DNA of 64,000 nt. Origin: Podospora anserina. Taxonomy: Eukaryota. The translations under genes were made by a program, and so were the position numbers. Shown here in pieces: positions 13,517-26,583 of this stretch (its first letter is position 1; each line of letters opens with the position of its first letter). The DNA lies in contig CM030336.1 of the NCBI GenBank assembly GCA_017654855.1, positions 4,340,001 through 4,404,000 of the forward strand, read 5' to 3'. The notes under the pieces were generated by a model. The model had not been told where the DNA came from and did no database searches. It worked only from the letters and a program-made list of their open reading frames with translations.

Positions 13517-14313
13517 GCCTAATCAACGCGAAGGAGGTGGCCATGTGCCCTAAGCATATTCTATTTCTTGAGGGAAATAGCTACCCCTAAGTGCCTGCAG
13601 CGCCCGAACTACTCGCTACGTAAGTCCCCACCTTGGCTGCCAATCTGGCTCCAGGCTCGAGCCAAAACTCGAAAAGGACACTTGATCGGCAAACATTGCG
13701 AAAAACGGCGTCCTCTGGTGCTCTTCAAGCTCAGTCTATGCATAGTCTCCGTGACGACTCGGTACTTACACAGCAAACACCTTCTGTTACGCCGGCGGGC
13801 GAGAGGCCGTCAATGCGGCGGCAAAATTCATGATTGAAGTCGGGGGAGGTAGCTTCCCACCGGTGCAGCCCACCTTGTCTACAAGTCTCTACTTGCATCT
13901 TTCCGCTGTTGCAAGGTGTCAGAATAGTCAATGAGGACCACTGTTAAGGAATTGATATCTTGGCAATGGGACCTGAGCCACTGGGTTCGGCCTTTTCCAG
14001 CCACCCGGGCAACTCACCCTCACACAACACAACGATTGACACCGTTTTTGGACCCCATATACGACAAGGAAGCAAACGCGAGGTGGAGTTTAGACGCGAA
14101 ATTACGCGAGGGAGCGCAACACCGCTTTGTCGTCATGCCTCCGTATTGGTTGTCCCCTTTGACAACCACATTCGTCAATGCCATTTTTGTGCCGCGTGTC
14201 TCAACTGCAGCTACTTTTGGCCGGACAGCGCCGTGAAAAACTGGCCATATTCCTCCTCCTTCCATCGTAGTGACTCGGAAACTTTTTGCACTACGTTAAC
14301 GAATGATGATAGA

Positions 14314-15181
14314 ATGGCCAGCCCCGCCACTTTTCCTTATCATCGCCAGCAATCTTCCCTCGAGGGAATTATCTATCCCTTATCCGAGGCGTCGTTAGAA
14401 CCGGATCTGCGTGATCAAGCGAGGCGCGAATTTTTACCGCATTATCAGCTACTTCGAAGCTATAGAATTGAGAAGCGACCGGACCAGAAGTTATTACAAC
14501 CGCCCCTTACTCGTCCGCCTCACTTATGACTATTCATGCTCAGAGAAATCATAAGATATTTTTCTCCGAGCTTTTTTTTAGTCCGTGGTGCTCCCAATAA
14601 ACGGCGAAGACGACATTGATTTCAGCAATACGGAGCTGGAAACCGCCGTGGTTCGATTTGCAGAACATCTCTTCGACAACTTTTTCATCCCTCGTAAGAC
14701 CCGGCCTCCCCTCGCCGTCTCAACTTCTGCTAATGTCTCCTAGTAAAATCCTCTACAAAAAAGACACCGCAGCCTTCCCCAGTATACCATTCCGTCATTC
14801 GGCGAGCGCAAGGAAGAGAATTCCAAGACTTCGTCGGCACGCCAGAGCGAGTGTCAGGGCTTCGCGGTCAGTGCCTCATCCGCGACCGGCATCGTTGTGT
14901 CATAAGTCGTCGATTTGACCAAAGCGAAGTAATAAATCGTATGAGAAAAAGCGGTAATAATACGAAGGATGACGATGGGAATTTGCTTTTAGACGAAAAT
15001 TAGTTTGAGAGTTTAGAAGTAGCATATATCCTTCCACATTCCCTTACATCACGGGATGTAGATTCCCAATTGGTTTGTTTCCCGTCCCGCTATATATCTA
15101 GTATTTAAACTAACCAATCGCTAGTCTCGCTCGAAAGAAGCCGCGTTAGCGATCCTTAATATGTTTGGCTATAGTATAGTA
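14314..15181 (+). pseudogene. Fungal HNH endonuclease (HNH_2 type), frameshifted and cut off by transposon insertion
   Basis: MASPATFPYHRQQSSLEGII...; LRGQCLIRDRHRCVISRRFD; FESLEVAYILPHSLT; after an intron (~15073-15124) KEAALAILNMF, ending at the TA at 15180-81. Confidence 0.8.
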
Positions 15182-16228
15182 ACGTACTTTATAAGCGAGT
15201 CGGTCATATAAGTGGGTCGGTCACTTTCAACCACCCTTCGAATACTATCCTCTATTATAATATAACGAAACTATTAAGCAACTATAATAACATTAGAAAC
15301 AGCTGAGTCTGAGGCATCTACAGCCTCCTGTTAAGTGCGTGCATTATGGCTAGGCTTGCCGCATACACCACAGCACTGAGTCTTCGTACGAGACTCCCCT
15401 GTACCACTACCACTTTATCGATGTTCCTGGATTACCTGCTCGCCCACGGCCTTCTGATTTAGTAGATCCTGTGCCTCTTATACAGTAAGTGACCCTCCAA
15501 GCCTCATACGTGTTTTTTTAGCTCTCCGGCGCTTGCTTAGTACCTCATTGGCCTTACGGAGCGAAGAGACCTCTATACGGAGAAGAGTTACCTCGTATAT
15601 TATACTTATTATTCCTTTAGTAAATTAGTTTATAGCGGTTAGTATTAAGGTTAGAAAGCTATTTTAATCGTTAGAAATTCGAGTTTTAATAAACGTTAAC
15701 TATAAGTTAGTTTCTTAAGGGTTATATAGTATTTAGGAGACTTAAGGTTATATAGTGCCGGGCTATAAGTTTAGAGGTATTAACGTATGTAGCTTTATAT
15801 TTAATTTAAAAAATACCCTCTTTAAATCGTACGGTATAAGGCTAATATCCATAAAGCTACCCAATATATTCTTTTTTATTATAAAAGCGAAGAAGGTTTC
15901 GCGGAAAGTATAAAGGAATTTAAATTTATTTATATAATTAATATATATATATATTAAGTCTTTAATTTAATAATTATATATTTACTTTAATAGCCTAAAG
16001 TAATTAATATTAAGTAATTAAAGAAAGTAGGAGGAGTATAGAGGTATATAAAGCGTAATAATATTATTTTATTAATAGTAGCGTTCGAATTTAATTAAGT
16101 AATAGTTTTTATAACCGTTAAAGATTAATAACCGGTATTTACCTTTTATACGGAACGTTATATGATAATCTAAATACTTAATTTAATATAAATCTATTAA
16201 ATTAATAGTATAATTATTATTAATAATT
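15182..16228 (-). mobile_element. Fot1/Pot-like DNA transposon, 3' half only (related subfamily), RIP-mutated
   Basis: TA followed by TIR ACGTACTTTATAAGCGAGTCGG. Colinear with 5453-~6500 of the first copy, including the zinc-knuckle region. Confidence 0.88.
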
Positions 16229-16635
16229 TATAACGAACTCCTATATAGAACCTCTAAAAAGGATACGGGTTAAAAGTAACTTTTAATAATTAGTTCGGTG
16301 CAGCTAGACAATGCATAATAAGATGTTTTAATATAAATATAAAATACCGTAAATATAATTGTAAATTACATACTGCGGAACTATCTATCTACACTAGCTA
16401 GTTTCTCCGTATATATAGACCTCGTGCCAAGCCATGATAAGTCTCCTAAGACCACTGATTACCTTTGCTTAGTCTGCTTAGTGCCCTGAGTATATTGATT
16501 ATCTTTGCTTAGTCTGCTTAGTGCCCTGAGCACACTAATCACTCGTTCTCCGCTGTAATTGGCTCTCTTATACATTCTCCCAATTAGCTCCTGCTCTCGT
16601 GGCCCCACAACCCGTCCTGTATTAAGGTTGTGACA
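16229..16635 (-). mobile_element. Solo LTR, crapaud/repa-like
   Basis: TG...CA type ends (TGTCACA on the minus strand). Its 3' half is the reverse complement of the conserved half of the LTRs at 18243, 32257, 34664 and 39689. Internal ~40-bp tandem repeat at ~16450-16540. Flanks TAATT / CTAGA do not match. Confidence 0.88.
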
Positions 16636-18036
16636 CTAGAGGGTTAAATATAAAGATTTAAAGGTTATTAGCGAATAATTTACTTTTATACGGAATATTA
16701 AAGTTAAATATAGTATTATAAATAATAATATTTATAATTTTAACGAAATTAAGTTTATAATAAATATTATTTTCGTAAGTATAATAATTATAATTTTTAA
16801 TAATTATAATAAAACGAAACTAATTTAATTTAATAACCGCGAATAAATGACGGTAATCTAAAAAGTTAATACTTTCGGTTAAACTATTTTTCCTTTTATT
16901 ATTTTAACCGTATAATATTATTTTATTAATTAATATATCGAATATAATTTATTATTTACTTAACGTATTATAATTATTAATAATAATTAAATTATTAATA
17001 TAATAAATTTAAATTAAATTAAATATTTTAATTATTATATAGCGTTTCGTATAAAAAATAAATACCGGTTATTAATCTTCGACGGTTATAAAAATTATTA
17101 TTTAACTAAATTTAAATATTATTATTAATAAAATAATATTATTATACTTTATATACTTTTATATTCCTTTTACTTTCTTTAATTATTTAATATTAATTAT
17201 TTTAGGCTATTAAAATAAATATACGGTCGTTAGATCGAGGATTTAATATATATATATATATTAATTATATAAATAAATTCGAGTTCCTTTATATTTTTCG
17301 CGAAACCTTTTTCGCTTTTATAATAAAAAAAATTATATAAAATAACATTACGGGTATTAACTTTATACTATACGATTTAAAGAAAATATTTTTTAAATTA
17401 AATATAAAGCTTCGTATACTAATACCTTTAAACTTACGGCCTAATATTATATAACCTTAAATTTTTAAATATTATATAACCCTCGAAAAATTAATTTATA
17501 ATTAACGTTTATTAAAACTCGTATTATTAATTATTAAAATAATTTCCCGTCTTTAATATTAATTACTATAAACTAATTTATTAAAAGTATAATAATTATA
17601 ATATACTAAATAGCTTTCCTTTATATAAAGAATATTATACTCCGTAAAGCTAACGAGGCACTAAGTAAACGCCGGAGAACTAAAAAAATACGTGTATAGC
17701 TTAAAGGGTTACTTACTATATAAGAAGTATAGGATTTACTAAATTAGAAGGCTATAGGTAAGCAGGTAATCCAGGAAGATCGATAAAATAATAATAGTAC
17801 AAGGGGGTCTCGTCCGAAGATTTAGTACTGTAGCGTGTGCGGTAAGCCAGGCCATAATATACGCACCTGCAAAGAGGCTGCAGAATCATCTAATTCATCT
17901 ATTTCTGGTTTAATTATTGTAGTTTCCTAGTATTATAGTTGTGTAATTGAAGATAGTTATAGTAAGGTAGTAGAAAGTATTCGGCTCGCTTGTCTATTCG
18001 GCTCGCTTGTCTGTTCGGCTCGCTTATCATACACGT
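16636..18036 (+). mobile_element. Fot1/Pot-like DNA transposon, 5'-truncated, opposite orientation
   Basis: Reverse complement of ~5453-6812. Ends ...GCTCGCTTATCATACACGT + TA, with three copies of the 17-bp subterminal repeat. Zinc knuckle CGKPGHNIRTC on the plus strand at ~17835-17870. Confidence 0.9.
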
Positions 18037-18717
18037 TATCCATTTCGCTTATTTACTAATATGCCCGCCTGGGACTTATATATTACCGTAAGAGGTACTT
18101 AGCCAATTCGCATAAAGCCAATCTTTTGTTAAGTCTTCCACTTTATTAAGAGTAATAAGCTGTAGCTAAAAGGATACCTTACCGAAGGTTTTCTCCTAAG
18201 GCAAGTTATAGTTCTCTCTCAGAAAGTATATAAAGGGGCTTGTGTTACGGTTCTGGAAGGCAGTGGGGCCACGACGGACTAATCAGGACTGGACCGCGTA
18301 ATCGAGCGGGGCTTACGGTCCAGGTGGGCAAACGGACCAATCAGATAGGGACCGGGGACCGCGGCGGAGCTCACGGTCCACGGTCCAGTATCGGCCAATC
18401 AGGAGAGGACCGAGGACTGTCTGTAAGTCAACGGTCCACGGTCCTAAGGTCTATATATACGGAGGAACTAGCCGGTATAAATAGATAGTTCCGTAATATG
18501 TAATTCAAGCTTATATTTACGGAATTTAGTGTTTATATTAAAATATTTTATTATACACTATTTAACTATACTAAACTAATTATTAAAAATTACCTTTAAT
18601 CTATATTCCTTTTAAAGGTTTTATATAAAGGTTCGTTATATATTATATATTTACTTTAACTTTATTACGGATAAGTTAAAAGTATTAAAATAATATTATA
18701 GCCGGAAACGTTAGTAC

Positions 18718-21700
18718 TGGTTTAGGGTGCGGCTATAGGCCTAAGAGTATAAGTAAAGAAGCGGGGCTCTTAGAGGATTTAGGGGTTTAGGGGTTATATA
18801 TATAAGCGGTCTACTTCGGACATTCTATTTTAAACAGGACATCAACTTTTATTCTTTTTTTCGTATTTTATACTTTACACGCGTGCAGGCAATTCTGGCC
18901 CTCTAATCAGGCTAATCCGGTGCTTATTATATAGCTTACGAGCCTATAGTATCTTTTCTTTATCCTACGTAAAGTGCGGCCTACGAGCGAATTACTATTA
19001 CGTAAGTATATTTATTCTAAGACTTATTAAAAGTATATTTATAGTATTATAATTATTTTATATATTTTTTTATTATTTTAAATGGAGGTCGTACCCGGGT
19101 TAAGTAAAGTTTAAGGTCTAAACTAAATTTATAAACTTTAAATATTAAAGAAAGTACGAAACTATAAATAATAATAAGTACTAATAACTTTATTAAACCC
19201 CGCGAAGTTTAACGGAAACGATTTTTCTCCGTTTAATCGGATAAAACTCTTTTATTATCGACTAAACTTTAAACTTTTTACCCGCGAATAAAGAATTAAG
19301 TATATAGTCCGGATAGGACCGGGAAATAAATTAAAAGTATTAATTAAAACTAACTTATTAATAAACTTTATTTCTATATTAATTATTAAAGTCCTTTTTT
19401 ATCTTTAATTAAAAAAAATCTTTTTAATATATTATTTAATAATAATAAATAATCGTAAAGATTTCCGGGTTAGTTTAACTTAGGATATCGGGAACTTAAA
19501 AGTAAGGAAATAAAAATATTTTTCTTTTAATTTAAATAAATATAATTTATATTTATATATTAAAGTTATAAAAAATAATTATTTTTATATTTTTAATAAT
19601 ATATATAAAGAAAAAATTATATTATTAACGTAAATATAATAATAATTATTAAGTATTAATATATTTAATAATATTCTACCTATCGCTTCGGCTAACTTTT
19701 CTGGCAATAACTAAGGGTATTAAGCTCTTACGGCTCGTTCCGTAATAAAAGTAATTATTTTGGTAGTTAAATCCCCGGAATTATTATTATTTATCTTTTC
19801 CTTAGCTACGAATCGCGCTTACCTTAAAAATATTAAGACCCTTCGCCCCCTTTTTAATTAAGGTAGCCCGATTATAAAGCTTAACGCTCCTAACGTACTA
19901 AATAAACCTCGTACTTACTTAAATCTTACTATTTAGAATTATACTACGTTTCTTATTTAGTATACCGGATATCCCGCTTCTCTTTTTAGATTTGCGTATT
20001 AATTTTAGTAACCCGGATATTTATATTCTATAAAAGCTTACTTTAATTATCGTTACTTTTAAGGGTCCTTTATATTTAATTATTTAACCCCCTATCTTAT
20101 AATATTTATATATTTTTTTTAATATAAATTCCTTAATCCGAAAAAAGTTAATTTTAAAAGTAATTTTAAAGGAAAGTACTTTATAGAATATTTAAAGTAT
20201 TTCGAGAATATTTATAAAGAATATTATATTATAAAATTTATTTTTTACGTTTATAAATTTAAATTTTAATATAATTTCGATATAGGAAAATAAATTAATA
20301 AATATATAAACCTATTTATACTTACTAATATTTAATTTATTTTAATTATCCGCTTTAAACACTTTTTTAAAATCTATAATCCCCGATAAAATAAAAATAT
20401 TTATAGGGAATTAAATAACTTTTATATTAAAGTTATTTTTAAAGGTATAAGCGAATTAAGGAAAGTTATTTTTAATTACTTTAAATTACTTTCTTAAGTA
20501 CCGACCGGGGAAAAAGAAATAATAAAAGTTAGGGTTATTAACCGCTTTTAAATAAAATTCTTCGAATTAATAAAAATAATTTTTATTAACCGAGGAAGAT
20601 CCGAACGTCGTTTAAAATTTATAAATTTTATTATTTAAAGTAATTAGATTAATAATATAATTAAAAATAAGTATAATATAGGAGGAAAAATCTATAAAAA
20701 AAATAAATTAATTATTATACCTTTCTCTATTACCTTTAATTAGGTAATTAAAGTACTTAATTAATATATAGCGGTTAACGCTATAGTAAATAGAAAAATA
20801 GTACTATAGTATTTAAAAATAAATATCTATAGTAATTTCTTTATACCGGGAAACGGTAAATTTAAAATAATAAGGACCCGCGTTTAATACCTAAAAAACT
20901 AAATACTTTATTTCTTAAATTTTAATATTAATTTTAATAAAAAAATAAATTTATTTTTTAATACTTTTTTTATTATTAATATTAAAACCTAGTTTAAAAG
21001 ATTAAGGGAGTAGTACCGTAATAGCTTTCTTTTATTAAAAAAATATTTTTAATATAGTAAGATTAATTATTATACTAAATCGATAGAGTATCCGAAAAAA
21101 AAGTATAATAAAGTATAGGGATTATACTATATTAAAGGAAATAAAGTATATATCGGTAAGAAAGAATAATCGGAAAGTAAAAAAATATAGTTTAATTAAA
21201 AGGATATAGGAAAAGTATAATATAAAGAAAAAGTTAGTAATTTAATTTATATTATAATTTCGTTAAAATTAAAATTAAATAAAATTTATAAAGTTTATAC
21301 GAAATAAATTAAATATTAAAAAATTCGTAAGGGTAAAGGATATAGGCCCGAAGTTTCTTTAATTAAAGGGAAAAAGTAAATAGTTATTTAAATAATTAAA
21401 GCTATAAATATTAAATTAAATAGGTTTTATAAATATTTTAAACTTTATATATTATTTAATAAAAATTTAATTAATAATTATATTATTAAAAATATTTTAT
21501 AACGTTATTTAGTAAAAAAGTAATTACTTAAAAGTATTTTAAAGTACTTTAATAATATTTTAATAATTATTTATAATTAAAAGGTAAAAGTGGGGGTAAA
21601 TATATAAGGAGCGAAAAGAATAAAGATCGAGGATTTATTAAAAAAGAATATAAATAATTTAGCTTTAATCGAAAATCCGAAAATAATATTTACTTTTACG

Positions 21701-24700
21701 TAAAAGAAACTAAAGGTAGTTAAAGAAAAAGTTTTATCCGATTAAGAAAATAAAGTCCGGAGTAATTTAAAATTATTTAATAGTAAAGTAAAGGATTTTA
21801 AAAATTATATTACCGAGAAAATTAAAAAGTATATTTATAATTAAATTAAATTTATATTAAAAGAATATTATAAAGTTTTATTTATATTTATTTACCGGTT
21901 AATAAATTACGTAAAAAGTATAGCCGAAGATATTAAGGTAATCGAGTAACGTAAATTTTTTAAAAGTATTCCGGATAGAAAAAAAGAAGTTTTATAAAAG
22001 GGAGAGGTTTTACTATTAACGGTTCGGATAAATTTTTAAACGGTTAAATATAGTAAAATTCTTTCGTTTAATTAAAGAAAGACTATCCTTACTTTATACG
22101 GGATTACGGTAAATAATAAATATAATATAGTCGAAGGAAGTATTTAGGAAAAAATTATTAAAAATAAAGTTTAACCGGATAATAGTTTAGAAAAGCGATT
22201 ACGGACTTTACTATTTACGTTTATTAGTTAGCTTTTTAATAATAAACGAACTTTCTTAAGAGCCGTTATTCGAACCTATAACGTTCTATTATTATATTAT
22301 AACTTCGTTTTATTAATTTTAAAAAAAGTATTAATAATATTAAATATAGGCTCGGAGTATAACCTAATTAATAGGGCTATAGTTAAAAGGTTTTATTTAC
22401 CGATAATATTAATAAACCTATAGTTTAAAGGCTTTTATAGAAATCTAGTTACATTTATAAATAAAATTTAAACTTTAATAATATTAATTAAAGTTTTAAT
22501 TTTATATTATTTTTTCGTTATTAATAATACTAAAGCTTTAGGTTTTTATAATTTACTATTAAATATCCCGTTCTTTATAAATATAAATTTTACTTTTAAT
22601 TTTATAAAGGGCTATATAATTAGCGCGAATATATTATATAAAGGAAAGTTAATTAAGGTTTATATAATAAAAAAAAAATAATTAATAAAATAAAGGCGGA
22701 ATATAATAGTAAGGATCGAGGTAATACTTTTTTTACTAATTAACTTTTATAGGTATTTAAGGAATTAGTTAATAAAGGAATATTTATCCCTAAGTAGGTA
22801 ACGGAGGAATTAAAGGAAGGGGATAAAGTAATTAGGAGATTAAATAAAGGAGTTAGGCGTTCTTTATTTAATTTTATTTTAGGGAAATTAAGTTTATTAT
22901 TATTAAATTATTATTTAGCGTCTAATATTATTTTTTATAAAAATAAAAAAAAAGGGGATATTAGGAGTAAGGGAGGAAAGATATTAAGGGAGGTAATTAA
23001 TTAGGGTAAAAATTATTATATTAAATTTTTAATTTTTTCTTTTTTTTTTCCTATTATTTTTTTTTCCGATTTACTCCTCTCTTTATGCCCCTTCCTTTAA
23101 TCTAAGGAAGTAGAAAATTAATTTTTTTTTTCTTCTTCTCCTTCTTTTTATTTATTTACTATTTCCTAAACTTTTTATATTTAGCCCGCTATTCTTCCTA
23201 CTTTTAGTCCCAATCGACTTCTTTACTATTAAAAATTAAATTTACGGTATTACGATTTAACTTCGATAACCTATTACTATTAAAATCCTTAAAATAAAGA
23301 CTATTTTTATTAATATTAAATTATAAATAATAAATATTTTTATATTAGTAATTCCTATATTTTTAATCGAAATCCTTTTTTCCTATATAATTAAAGTATA
23401 ATTATATTACTTTAATTTTAATCCTATTAAAAAACGTTACGAAAGACCGGTAATAATTTTAATTATATTTATTATATAAATTAATATAATTAAATTTAAT
23501 ATATTAATATTAAATTAAATTTAATTAAGGGAACGGTATTTATAATAATCCGGTAACTTAAATAAATAAACTTTTAAAGCGATAAACCCGTTTAACGATT
23601 TCGAAAAGTTAATGCCCGAAGAATTACTTATTAAACCGTTTAACGAAAATCCGTTTAACGGAACCGGTCGATAATACTTTAAAAATATAATTAATAATAA
23701 TTTTCTCCGTACTAATATCTTTAAAAAATAATTATTATTCTTTTTTACTTCTTTTCTTTATTAAATTAAAAAGGAATTATTTAAGGTAAAGGAAAGTAAT
23801 TATATATTTAAAATTTAAAAAGAAAATTTTAAAGTACTAAAAAATAATTTAATAAAGGAAAAAAATATTATAATAAATATTAATACTTTTAAATATAATA
23901 AAATTATAAATATAAATAAAATATTAAACTTAAATATATTTTTTATAAATAATATTTTAATTATTAAAAATATAAATAAAGTCGGTAAAACAATAAATAA
24001 AGGTAATAAATAAAGGTTTTTAAATAAAGTTTATAATAACCTCGGACTAATCGTATATAATAAAATTAAAAACTTTTTCGATTTAACTAAAAAGTTTTTT
24101 AACGAAAAAAGTTATAAATATTTAGGTAGTAAGGTTATTAATTATTTAATCGAACGAAGTAATAAATTTCTTTAAAAAAAAAGTTATTAAAAGGAAGCGG
24201 TTAATAAATATTAAAAAAAATAAAAAATAAATAAAAATAAAAAAAATTAATATAAATATTTATAATTAAAGGATAGAATAGTATAATTAATTTTATAAAC
24301 TTTTATAAAAAAGAAATTTATTAAAATATTTTTTCCTTTTTAAACGGTTTATATAATTATTTAATAATTTTACTTTATAAACTAAATAAATAATAAAGAA
24401 TAAAGATTTATTAAAAACTTTCTTTCCTTTTTAATTTTTTATTTTAAAATTTTTTTTTATTTCCCTCTTAATAACTTTTTAATTATAAATTATACTATAT
24501 ATTACTCTCTTTTAATTTTTATAAAATAATATTATTAATATTTTTTATAAAATTTATTTATAATATATTATAAGAAAAATTTATTATTATTAAGAAATTC
24601 GGTCTTTTTAATAATTTTATTAAAAAGATTATTCGGAAAACGCGTTTTTAAAGTATCGATAAGGTTTATAACTTTAATCCTCCGCGCAGTATTTTCTTTT

Positions 24701-26583
24701 TTTAAAATAATAATACTCTTTAACTTATTTATTTTAATTTTAATTTAATTATTAACCTAGGAAATTATATTATAAAAAAATAATTTAATTAAATTAATAT
24801 TATTTTTATAAAGTAATTTTCGATTAATATTATTAAATATTCTTTTTTTAATTTAAAAATAACGACCCCCTTTAATCGGATTTATATTTATAGTATTTAT
24901 ATAGCTTCCTTTATTTACATTATATATAACCTTTAAAATTAATTAAAAGTTAAATAATAATTTACTAGCTCGATCCTTATTTACGTTTTTTAATATTTTT
25001 TTTAAAAAATCTTCGAGTATTATATATAAATCCTTAAAAAATTTTTAAACCTTATTATAATAAAATTATTAATATATTTTTTTTTATTTAACGATAATTA
25101 TAATACTTTTAATTAATAATACTAAATCCTCTTTATTTATATTAATAACGAAAGCTATTAAATAATAAATATTTATAATATTATTATTAATATTTTAATT
25201 TATATAGATTTATTAAAGGATTAAAAAAAATATTAAATTAATATTATTTTTTATTTAATATTTTATATTCGTTATACTTTTTACTATAGTTTTAATATAA
25301 AAGTAAGGAAATTAGTTTATAGTAAATAAAGTGGGGCGTAAGAATATAGTTTTTAAGTTTTAAAGTATTATTATATTTATTTTTAGGGAGGTATTTCGTA
25401 CAGTAAAAAAAAAGATTTAACGGTAATAAAGGTTTAAAAAAAAAATTATTATTATAAAAATTATAAAACCGTAAACGTTATAAGGAAAAAAATAATAAAA
25501 TTATAAATAGTTTATATAAAAAAGTTTTTAAATTATAAATTTAATTAAAAGGTACGTAATAAAAAATAAAGGAGGAAGGGCCTAAAAAACTTAATAAACG
25601 TAAAAGGATTTAACTTACTAAATACCTTCTCGTTTCTTTTTAAATTTTTATTAATTCCCTAATTTACTTCCTTCTTTAATTCTTTATTAATTTTAATTAT
25701 TATTATTAAAGGAAATAAATATATTATAAATTTTCCCTTTAATTATAAAGGGTTTAAATTAAATAATATATTAAATAACTTTTAACGATTAAGTAAAGTA
25801 ATAACCCCCTTTAAATTCCGTACTTCTATAATAATAAACTCGCCGCTCCTCTTTAAGCCTATAATTACCCGTCCCCCTACTTATAATTATTTAGGATCGT
25901 TAATAATATACTTTTCGTTTAATTAAATATTTAATTTTATAAAATAAAAATAAGTTTCTAAAGTTTTTTAAAAATAAAAGGAAGAAATTATTAAATTATT
26001 AATTATAATAGTTCGATAGGGATAAAGGTATATTTTAAAATCCGAGAAATAAAAGTACTTTTCTCTTTAATTAAGGGAAAATAAATAAAGGGATAGTAAA
26101 ATTATATTATTTTCCTTTCTTTCTATTAAATAATATTTTTTTTTTTTAATTTATAAAAGATTTTTTTTTTATATATATATTTATTTATTAATTTATAATA
26201 ATTAAATACGAAAGGAAGTTTAGTTTAGGGTACGGTTATAGGCTTAAGAGTATAAGTAAGGAAGCGGGGCTCTTAAAGGACTTAGGGGTTTAGGGGTTAT
26301 ATATATAAGCGGTCTGCTTCGGATATTCTATTTTAAATAGAATATCGACTTTTATTCTTTTCTTCGTATTTTGTGCTTTACACGCATATAAGCAATTCTG
26401 GCCCTCTAATTAGGCCAATCCGGTGCTTATTATGTGGCCTGCGAGCCCATAGTGTCTTTTCTTTGTCCTACGTGAAGTGCGGCCTGCGAGCGAGTCACTG
26501 TCACGCAGGTATGTTTATTCTAAGACCTGTTAAGGGTATATTTATAGTGTTGTGGTTGTTTTATATGTTTTCTCACCATTTCA
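18718..26583 (+). mobile_element. Second LTR retrotransposon nested in the 5' UTR of the gypsy element
   Basis: 363-bp LTRs at 18718-19080 and 26221-26583 (TG...CA); 4-bp TSD GTAC; PBS-like TGGAGGTCGTACCCGGG at 19083; aspartic protease relic LN(D)IGSEYNLI at ~22340. Confidence 0.88.

Noticed and set aside
17975..18036. Short direct repeats resembling a CRISPR array
   Set aside because: They are 17-bp subterminal repeats of a transposon TIR with no spacers, in eukaryotic DNA.
18718..18795. TTAGGG-like motifs suggesting telomeric repeats (also at 26221-26296)
   Set aside because: Only a few imperfect units, and they are part of the two LTR copies.
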